DNA of 59,125 nt, the filler included, from Catajapyx aquilonaris (Eukaryota): NCBI GenBank assembly GCA_000934665.2. It is 2 parts of 2 records of this genome, joined end to end, with 100 filler letters (N's around TTAATTAATTAA, not from the genome) between each part and the next. Parts side by side here need not be neighbours in the genome. Positions count along the whole stretch, not along the records: positions 29,640 to 59,125 come from JYFJ02004786.1; 1 more part is not named here. The stretch is one strand, 5' to 3'. Both the position numbers and the translations under genes were made by a program. Below the pieces are notes generated by a model. That model was not told where the DNA came from. It did no database searches and saw nothing but the letters and a program-made list of their open reading frames with translations. Below, piece by piece: positions 50,911 to 59,125 of this stretch; the stretch's first letter is position 1; every line of letters begins with the position of its first letter.

Positions 50911-52445
50911 ACACACGGCCCATCACGTAGGCTACAAAAATGCAAACAGTATTGTAAGAAATTGGCCAGCCATCTAATGAATAACCTAATAAAACGAGCA
51001 GAACTTAATTCGTCATGATGTCGGGAGGAATGGGACGTCCCATACCTCACTGCCCTGCTTTGTCCCATTCCTCCCGAATAGCTCAAAATTGTAAAAATGG
51101 CTGGCTTGCTTTTACAGAAGGAAGCATGGCAGACTATCATATCCAGCTTTATCTCAGGAAACATACACCATCCCACAGCCCCTTGTTCGACAAGTCTATC
51201 TGCATTATATGTACTTCAAACTGCATTCAAACATTATAACAAAAACTTGCTTCTTAATGGCCAAATCACTTATTTTATACCAGGCTGAAAACCTCTTCCA
51301 CTAACTCACAAGCTCAGACTGGAGTTGATGCCTAGTGACACCTACCAGCCACCAAGTGCGAACTTGCTAGCACAAGAAAGCTGAAGGTGTCCCATACCTC
51401 CCCCGTCCCATACCTCCCGACTCTCCCCTATTGTTCCAAAGCTCCGACTAGGATGAGTGCGGGCACGAAGCCCCCCCTCCTTAAATACGTACATCACGCC
51501 ACTAGGCGGCACCACAGACGAGGTCGCGGGGGATGAATGCCGAAACCACACACTTGGTCCCGCCCCCACTTAAAAAAAAACTTGAAGCGACACCGCTCCA
51601 ACGCACCTTAAAACAATTTCAAAGAGCACAAGGACACTGCCTAAACAAGTTCAATCCGTGCACTATCAGGCACAAAAAGTTCAATCCGACGGCAGCACAC
51701 ACAGCAGCGCTGCACCACCTTACTCCTGCATGACCCGTTCTTCATCCGACGTAGAAACGTCGTCTGGCCGGCCATCCCCAGCGACGTTGTCACCAACCAG
51801 ATTCCACCCCGGAATAGGCGGAGGCACCGCAGACGAGGTCGCGGGGGATGAATGCCGAAACCACACGCGTGGTCCCGACAATACCGAGCAATGGCGCTTG
51901 GAGGTGTGGCTTGAAATTCTGGTGTCTGGTGCGGGCCACTCCATTGTTAGGGGTTTTCCAGGAAGTGGTTCATTCTGCATGATTCCCTCCGCAGTGGCAT
52001 AGCATTCGACACGCTTTGCTGACATATTTACGAAGTGCTTCCTGAGATCACGGTCTCGCGAAACATTTCTCTGCTGGAAGGCATACTCGCATGGCAGCTT
52101 GTGCTGATCCCAGAGTAGACTGGCAACAGTGTGCGTCCATCGTCTTTGTGGCAGAACATGCACCCCCCTTGCGCTTTTGGAACGGTCACCACACTTGTAG
52201 GTTGATTCAGTCAGTCGAAGTTCCTCCCATATATGCGGGGTGATGTCACAATGAAGGTCTTCGTCGGCCTTACTGCAGTCTGTCCAGAGTCACTGCTGTC
52301 ACTGTACTTTTGCACATCTTCAGACTCCGAGTCGCTGACGAGGGTGACGGTGTCTGCTTGTATCCCCAGAAGTGCCTGAAACTCCGTCCTTACATCCCAC
52401 CGGTCCTGTCCTCATTCACGCAGACCCTAGCATACTTGGGTGTCA

Positions 52446-53005
52446 TCAAACCATCCAGGAGTTCACTAATATCATGTAGTTAGCCGGGGGAACTGGACTG
52501 CCATCACTCTGTAGGATACCCTGGACCTCATGAAGAACGCTCAGAAACTTGTCCGCCGTCGAGGTCAATTGTGGATTTGCTGCAGCTTGGAGGTCTTGGG
52601 CTGTCTCGGCCCCCGAAGTACTGGCAGTAACGGCAGCAGGTAAATCGGAGGTGGTTGCACCCCCTAACGATTCCTGCGCAGTGCTCACAAGTGCTTCCAG
52701 CTGCCCGACTCCCTCTTGGAAAGTAAGAACGAGCGTCGGAATTGCGTTCGCAAAGTTCTCCAGGCCCTGGGCAGCTGATCCTATCGTCGCAGCTGTCTGG
52801 CTCGTGATCTCGGTTAACGATGCAGTCGAGATGATGGAAGAGGCTGTCGTCGCAGTTACAATCCTTGTCGCTTGATTCACTGCTCTGGCGACGCTGGCGC
52901 TTTTCTTTGCCGCTGTTGTTATCGACGCCGCCCACTTGTCCAACGTCGACTGGCCGCTTAGCGGAGGTGGCTCGAACCGGGGTTTCTTGGCTGGTGGTCC
53001 ATCCG
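52446..53005 (-). CDS. Parvoviral NP/NS2-like ORF overlapping the NS1 3' end (predicted second exon)
   Basis: Open alternative frame DGPPAKKPRF...LDKWAAS...WMV-stop with no ATG near its 5' end, preceded by acceptor tttcaatag at 53006-53014. Confidence 0.6.
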
Positions 53006-54405
53006 CTATTGAAAGTATACAGATACATGCGATTCCTAAGTGGTTGCTCCTGGGCCGTACAATAATGCCAGGGATAATGATTACAGGTTATGATAATAGG
53101 AGTTCTAGGAAGGGTTTGGGACCCCTTGTTCTTGATGGCAATGGACGCGGGCATGCCTTCAAAGATGAGTTTGCACGTTTCGGCCGTCTGGATGTTAATG
53201 AGAGGCTCTTCCCAGAATGCAATGTCCGAGTCCAGGGCGTTCGCGAAGCTAAAGTGATTTTCGTTCAGGAGCTCTCCGACTTTAAATAATCCCGTGAGGC
53301 CCCGTATGAAGGCGGATTTGCCGGTATTACTTGGACCGTATAGACAGATGACATTTTGTTTGGTATCGTCTTTCTGAATCCACCGCGCAAAGTCAAAATC
53401 GAAGTCGTCTGTATTAATGTCCTGGTGCTCCAGAACCGCGTGGATGGTACTTGGATCCGCCGAGTATTTATCGAGGATATGTTTTACCGATCGCCCGGTA
53501 TGTTCCTGACGCAGGTATCGACGGCAATTGTCTACTACACCATGCTGATTTGGATAGGCCACGTATTGCATCGCGAATGCGGGATCTACTTTGCATATGG
53601 TGTCAAAATCGTGTGCTCGATGTTCTCGCATGATGCTAATAACTTTGGTAACAAGCGGATTAGTTTTCTTTTCGGTCGGATCCCATAATGCTTTTCCCGA
53701 TCCCGCGCCGCTAGCCATGTATGCCATGTCTATGAGCTGTTCGCTGGTTGTAAGCACCTGTATAGGCTGTTTCACGATGTATTTGAATATTCCCTGGAAG
53801 CTATTGACCCGCTGCTGTTTGATCGCTCCTATTATGCCGCAAGCCGATGCCTTGCCCCAAATGCGACGATGCCATGCGTCCGTGCGCATGGCCGTTTTGA
53901 CAAGGGCGTGACAGTGGTATTTACCGCGGTCGTTCACCTCTGTTACCATAATGTATGTTTCCAGATGGGGGCCGTGATTACCCATGAGGGTTAAAATAGT
54001 CTCGAAATCCAGTATGTCATCTATGTTATCGTATTCCATAACAACGCTAAGCCAGTCTTTGGAATTGTATTCCTGGAATGCCTCGTCCATATTTATGTTC
54101 CACTCGCCCGCCCAATCAACGCGTTCCAGGCCCGTCCCTAATCGTCCATTGTCATCAAGAATGTGGCAGCGATGGAGCCAGGGTGACCCGAGCAAATCCT
54201 GCTCAAGAGTGGGTAATTTTCCTCGGACGGGATTTCGAACAATCGGTACCACTGGAGCCCTTGGATTCCCAACCCCGATATCAGCCCCCTCAGCGTCGCC
54301 GTCTTGTATTGAGTCGGCAGATGAACGAGCAGCAGCTCCGGCGCTAGTGGGACTACCTTCGCTCCAACCAAGAACCTTAGAACGCCCTCGATGTCTTCCA
54401 GGCAT
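52528..54405 (-). CDS. NS1: Endogenous parvovirus NS1 replicase (Hamaparvovirinae, chaphamaparvovirus-like), intact 625-aa ORF from the first ATG
   Basis: HUH endonuclease (GKYHCHALV; FKYIVK) and SF3 helicase (Walker A GPSNTGKS, Walker B FWEEP, motif C IIITCN, plus FEGM...K.K...LPRTP and YPW.YCT..E..LRNRM). Confidence 0.93.
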   Translation of the reverse strand: MPGRHRGRSKVLGWSEGSPTSAGAAARSSADSIQDGDAEGADIGVGNPRAPVVPIVRNPVRGKLPTLEQDLLGSPWLHRCHILDDNGRLGTGLERVDWAGEWNINMDEAFQEYNSKDWLSVVMEYDNIDDILDFETILTLMGNHGPHLETYIMVTEVNDRGKYHCHALVKTAMRTDAWHRRIWGKASACGIIGAIKQQRVNSFQGIFKYIVKQPIQVLTTSEQLIDMAYMASGAGSGKALWDPTEKKTNPLVTKVISIMREHRAHDFDTICKVDPAFAMQYVAYPNQHGVVDNCRRYLRQEHTGRSVKHILDKYSADPSTIHAVLEHQDINTDDFDFDFARWIQKDDTKQNVICLYGPSNTGKSAFIRGLTGLFKVGELLNENHFSFANALDSDIAFWEEPLINIQTAETCKLIFEGMPASIAIKNKGSQTLPRTPIIITCNHYPWHYCTAQEQPLRNRMYLYTFNSGWTTSQETPVRATSAKRPVDVGQVGGVDNNSGKEKRQRRQSSESSDKDCNCDDSLFHHLDCIVNRDHEPDSCDDRISCPGPGELCERNSDARSYFPRGSRAAGSTCEHCAGIVRGCNHLRFTCCRYCQYFGGRDSPRPPSCSKSTIDLDGGQVSERSS

Positions 54406-54512
54406 TCGGACAGTTTCTTGGATGACCCGGTGCACTGGACAAGAGAAAGAATGATAGTGCACGTAGATTGGGGTTCGCTAGACATGGAGGCCATGCGTTT
54501 TTTAGCGGCCAT
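54138..54512 (-). CDS. Small 124-aa parvoviral ORF overlapping the NS1 5' end (p15-like position)
   Basis: ATG-initiated and stop-free. Size and position match the small ORF overlapping the NS1 start in chaphamaparvoviruses. Homology not verified. Confidence 0.55.
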   Translation of the reverse strand: MAAKKRMASMSSEPQSTCTIILSLVQCTGSSKKLSECLEDIEGVLRFLVGAKVVPLAPELLLVHLPTQYKTATLRGLISGLGIQGLQWYRLFEIPSEENYPLLSRICSGHPGSIAATFLMTMDD

Positions 54513-54820
54513 GAGTACTCACTGTCTTTAGGCTTTGAGGTTGTTGACCTCGCGGGCAACTCCCGATTGGGATTATTGTGACGCCACAGAAGATATGTGC
54601 GGATGTTTCCCAGTTGCTGCGCCGCCCACTGCGTTTCTACAGTCCAGGTTCGCAGAGGCTCCGGGCTGTCCAATATATCCTGCCACACACGTAACTGTTC
54701 TTGAAAACCCAAATCCGGATTGAAACTGTCTGCTAAATCCGGTAAGTATTGTAGATGCCGATACCCGACGTTGACGTAATAATCTCTTATAGCTCCGGAC
54801 TGTTTGGGGTTTCGAGCCAT
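54377..54820 (-). CDS. First parvoviral ORF (147 aa unspliced; 54523-54820 is the predicted first exon of NS2/NP)
   Basis: ATG directly after the CAGT initiator; internal donor GACA|GTGAGT at 54522. Confidence 0.55.
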   Translation of the reverse strand: MARNPKQSGAIRDYYVNVGYRHLQYLPDLADSFNPDLGFQEQLRVWQDILDSPEPLRTWTVETQWAAQQLGNIRTYLLWRHNNPNRELPARSTTSKPKDSEYSWPLKNAWPPCLANPNLRALSFFLLSSAPGHPRNCPNAWKTSRAF

Positions 54821-54854
54821 ACTGGCCGTGTAATCTATGTACTCCCTTATATAG
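54821..54854 (-). promoter_or_regulatory. Viral core promoter (TATA plus Inr)
   Basis: Minus-strand TATATAAG at 54853-54846. CCAGT initiator with its A at 54823, 30 nt downstream, abutting the ATG at 54820. Confidence 0.65.
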
Positions 54855-55072
54855 CCTTTATCGTGTGTGGTGCCGTGCTAGCCGCGGGTTGCCCGTCTAC
54901 TAGGGGTCGGTATCTACAATACTACACATACACACAGGCACGCCGAAGGAGGGGACCAGAGAGGGCCTCCGGTCGTACACTGAAAGCGAGATGTAAGAGG
55001 GGCTCTGGCAAGGGTTTTTAGACAAGGGGGTGGTAGCGGTGAGGGAGCGGACAGGGATTGGAACGAGTTCAA

Positions 55073-55384
55073 TCAAGGGTCTGCGGGGGAGGGGAGGGGG
55101 GAGGACCAGGCGGAGCTTGGCGGGGAGGAAAGGTGGAGGAGGAGGAAGGGGCCTGCTGCTGGGTGGTGGGCGGCGGCCTGGCGAACCAGTTCTTGATGCC
55201 AACGCTTGGCAGCCTCCAGTCGGATGACCGCTCGGAGTGCCACCTGGTTGGAGTACTCCCGGTCAATGGCTTCCTGGGCAGCGTCGGCGGCGATCTGGTC
55301 GGAGTTTTGCTGCCGCTTCTTAGCCCGGGTCTGTTGGCCGCCCCGGCAGCCCCGCTTTGTCTTGTTGGTCTCTCCTTTTGGCAT
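55073..55384 (-). other. Basic 103-aa ORF of unknown function
   Basis: ATG start, KRGCRGG basic N-terminus and helical-looking middle. No family recognised. Confidence 0.3.
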
Positions 55385-55978
55385 GGGTGAGGGGGCCTTA
55401 GCAGCCCGAAGGCGCTTAGGTGGGTGTGTGTGGTTCGGTGGTTCCCAGCTGCCCGAAGGCGCTTAGGTGGGTGGGAGAGGAGGCTGAACGTGGAAGATCA
55501 AAACAAAGGCGAAACAACACCTTCTTTTCTCCTCTTAACTTCGGCTCTGGCTTCTACTACTGCTATCAGACTCTTGCCTGAGCCTGGCCCAACTAGCTCT
55601 CTGAAAAGGGGTTCTATCTGCAAGGATAGATCCAGAAATTCAGGACCACAATGTATTTTCACTCAGTCCAATACAATAAGGACCGGCTCCCACCGAGCCC
55701 GGCCCCCAACTGCCCTTTTTCCCTCACTCCAGAGTATAGAACAACTCCCGGTGGGAGGAACATCAGGATGGGGGGGAACACCGGCGCGCGCAGCCACACC
55801 ACCGCGGCACCCCCACACAGTCACATACTTGGCTAACCCCCATCCTGATAATTCCCCCCGCCAATACAAGTGCGAAAGCACACATGGACATGCATACAAA
55901 AGCAACACCCAGCACACACTGGCAACTGCACGTCCCTGTGTCCTTTTTTTTCTTCTTCTTCTTCAACACCGGCCCCCG

Positions 55979-56626
55979 CTACTCCTGATCGCGGAGAATG
56001 GCCTCCTCCTGATCCTCCATCTCCTCTACGTTCCCGCCGTCCTCGTCCAGGAACCGGCCCGGGGTCGGTGGTGGCTGCTTCCTCCCCTCCGCCAACTCCC
56101 GCAGCCGATGCACCTCCATACGATACTGCAGAGCGATGCTGGTAACCTGGCCGACCAGCATCTCAGGAGATACCGCAGGTCCTCCTGGCGAGATGCCGAG
56201 TAATGCGAGGGACGCCCTTTGCTCTTCCTGTTGCGCCAGGCGCCTCTCCTCCTCCAGCCTCTTTCTCGCTGCAAACATCTGGGTCTTCCTCCACTTGAGG
56301 TAGGCCCCCGGTGCCAAGTTATGCACCAGGGGCTCCTCCGGCTCCACCAGGACCAGAACCGGACCAGGTCCATCGTCGGCCTCCTCCTCCTCTTCTGCAG
56401 TCCGGTAACTGGTCCCCGCTGGCGCCGTGCCCTCCCTCGGGTGTGAGCAGGGCAGGTCCTTGGCGATCTCACGGGCCACCGCCATCCTGGAGAACAGAAA
56501 GTCCCGCTCCACAAAAGTGTGGCCCACCAACACAGAGCCGCCCATTTTTCCTCTGCTTCCCTCCACGGCTCCGGGAATGAGCCCGCTCCCGGGAGGAAGA
56601 TGGCCCTCTCTTGCCACCACCCCCAC
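55979..56626 (-). other. Charged, coiled-coil-like ORF of unknown function downstream of the integrase
   Basis: 215-codon open frame with ARKRLEEERRLAQQEEQR and acidic tracts. No family recognised. Confidence 0.3.
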
Positions 56627-57441
56627 GCTGCCCCTTGGCGGCCCCGCTGTAAGTCTTCTTGGAACCAGAAATTTCTCCAGTCATGGTGCCAGCCATCCTG
56701 CTCAGTAGCAACTTTGCAAGTGAGAAAAAGGATGCTGAGAACCGAGCTATATCAACCCACTCCTCCGTGGTGACCAAGCTCGCCCCGCCCCCGTTCTTCT
56801 CATTCGTCAATAAGCAAATAAAGAAAAAAAAGGGGGTGACAAGTGGTCCAGAAACGACTTCTGAATCATCGAGTCACCCTCCGACATGTATCCGGAGGAC
56901 ACCTGCAGTTCTCAACGGCTTCTTCTCCCCCTTCCTTCCACAAGTCACACAGGTCAACCACCCTTTTTCAACTTCTGGAAGCGGGGGTGTGGATAGGAAG
57001 TCCACCTGACACCCTACCCTCCCTTCTGATACGACCCCGCCCTACCCAGAAGGGTCCCCTTTCTCGTTCCGTGAACGGGTTTTGGGGTAATCGCGGGTCA
57101 AGGGCCTCGACCCTTGTTCCCACCATCATATGCCGCAGGACTTTTCTTTTCGTAAACGAAAAGTAGTGGGGCATGGCCCTCATCACCAACCCCCCCTTTC
57201 CGATAAGTCGCGTTAAGCCTTCAACCCTTCCTCGGCTTATCAACATCCTGTAACCAGGAGTGTGGCCGGGTCGCCCCCAAACCATCCCCCTCGTTTCCTG
57301 GTAGGCTTCCCCTACCCAAAAACAAGTTGCCTCTATTTTCGACCCGAAAACAGAAACTTGTCATTCAAGGACGCCAACCCTTGCTCCAACAGCCAAAATG
57401 CGTGTGAACCCACATTCTTACCCCCCTCTTTTTTTTCTTTT

Positions 57442-58899
57442 TCAGATGGGGTCTTTTTTTTCTTCCGCCCAACCGGGAGGAAAAAAAAAAATGCGAGTAA
57501 CTCCACGGTATGCACCGCGCATTACTTTCTCNTACTTTCTCACAACGGCACCCCGCGGGGGCACATATTTCTTTAAGTCCGAAATATGAATTGGTCCGAA
57601 AACCTTTTTCGTGACCGGGTTATGCAACATGTATGAAACATCATGCACACGTTTAACCACGTCGTATGGACCATCATACTTATGCGCGAGAGCTCGTGTG
57701 AACCCTTGCGCCGCGTTTGATAGCGCGTGACATTTACGCAGTACCAAATCACCAACATTAAAAATGCCATGTCGTCTTTTGCGATCATAATATTTTTTCT
57801 GTTTTTTCCGTTCCGCAATAATGCGGGCACGTGCAAATGCAATTGATTTCGCCATACGGAGTTTTAGACCGTCTGCATAATCCCGCACCTGCTCCTCTGA
57901 TGCATTATCTACTGCCTTAAGATATTGCGACTCAAACGGGAGGAGGAACTGCCTCCCTGTTGCTAATTCAGCGGGGGAGTAGCCACTCACAATGGATGGT
58001 GATGAACGCCATGCGTACATTACCGACCCCAATGTCTTACACCAATCATGATGCTCATGAGTGTAAGCGATTAACAGCCGTTTAATTTGGCTATTTACCG
58101 TTTCTGTCATGTTTTGCCATGGGCTGTATACGTTCGAAAACGATGCTTTTATGCCCAACGCCGCACATGTTGACATGAATATTTTCCCGCGGTAATACTT
58201 TGCATTATCACCAATTAATCTTTTCGCGTAACCATGATGCGTACAGAAGTCTACCAAACACTCAGTAACCTGAGTCCGAGCGCATACTCTCGTTAAAGGG
58301 TATGCCTCAAACCATTTTGACAGCTTACATACGATCACCAGTATGTATTTCTTGCCCCCTTTGCTGCGCACCAGGGGGCCGATGACGTCAGTGGCAATGT
58401 CGGCAAATGCTTGGACAGGTGGCTCGCTTGGTTGCAACAACCCCGGAGGCTTACACCTATCCACCGTTGTCCTCTGGCAAAGGTCGTATCGCTTCGTGAA
58501 GTTCATTACATCTTTTTTCTGGCCGATCCAAGAAAACAGGTGCCTCATGCGTTTGATCGTACGGTACGATCCCCAGTGTCCAACCTTATTGTCGGAATGA
58601 TAAGCATGCATGACCTTGTCCCTCATTGCCCGAGGAACAATGACCTTGAACGGGTTATAATCTGGCGAATTACCAGCTTTTTCACCCCCGGGGATATACT
58701 CAGCAATGAGCCCGGAATTATTGATCAGGTACATGTGCTGGTCCGTCTTAAGTCTCGCAATGGCACCTGCGTCCATTTCCACGCCGCGGGCTCCTTGTAG
58801 GTGCTCCCGCAGCGCTTTTAAATCTGCGTCAACTTTTTGACATTCCAGCAATTCCTTGAGATCAATGCCCCCAGTCCCCTCGTCACGGAGTGGAGACAA
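57442..58899 (-). mobile_element. Ty3/Gypsy integrase region (pol 3' part)
   Basis: Zinc-binding YH...GHWG...YDLCQ (first Cys replaced by Tyr). Catalytic DIATDV / GDNA / MTE. C-terminal KYDGPY.V...HISDLKKY. Confidence 0.92.
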
Positions 58900-59125
58900 G
58901 ATGGCGTCGGAGCAAGATCAGCTCTAACGGTCGCTCTTCCGGCAGTCTTGGCGACAGGAGACGAGGGACTTGTTTGGTCCTCGTGTCTGTGCTGGTGGCA
59001 CTCCGGTGGCCCCGACGTCCTTTTGGAGATCCGTCCCGCCTCGGGGCGCGAGGGGACGGGGTTTTTGTGCCCCTTTTTGGGCCTGGGCCTAGTGTGTTTT
59101 GTTGTTGTTGTGGCAGGGGGAGAGA

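Noticed and set aside
51720..52440. Parvoviral capsid (VP) or RING-finger gene downstream of NS1
   Set aside because: No long ORF or VP motif. The CMFC...LPC pattern is spread over different frames and lacks the remaining ligands.
52549..54454. Plus-strand ORFs antisense to NS1 as an ambisense capsid gene
   Set aside because: Short shadow frames with no PLA2 or VP features.
54860..54960. Parvoviral terminal hairpin
   Set aside because: Only very short stems such as GGGTTGCCC; no extended palindrome.

Overview
Eukaryotic, most likely arthropod, genomic DNA: short GT-AG introns, dense MITE/SINE content, and one N-gap containing an artificial TTAATTAATTAA spacer at 29540-29639. Left part: ten minus-strand coding exons (4651-11124) of a DNA ligase I gene whose 3' end lies outside the window. 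The exon phases chain without a break. They encode the SFF half of a PIP box, four tandemly duplicated phase 2-2 exons, an H3K9-mimic RKTARK motif split by an intron, and the start of the DNA-binding domain. Middle: two plus-strand exons of a Domeless-like cytokine receptor (signal peptide plus Ig-like domain) among several large foldback elements. Right part (about 40-59 kb): a dense run of transposon and virus fragments (piggyBac, Tc1/mariner, Polinton pPolB, Sola1-like, LINE ORF1, Gypsy gag and integrase, pogo), with all confidently recognised ones on the minus strand. This block contains an endogenous chaphamaparvovirus-like cassette: TATA/Inr promoter, two small upstream ORFs, an intact NS1 of about 625 aa, and a predicted in-frame spliced NS2/NP, but no recognisable capsid gene. 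The strand bias suggests a uni-strand piRNA-cluster-like locus (inference). All family assignments come from motif recognition by eye; no database searches were run.
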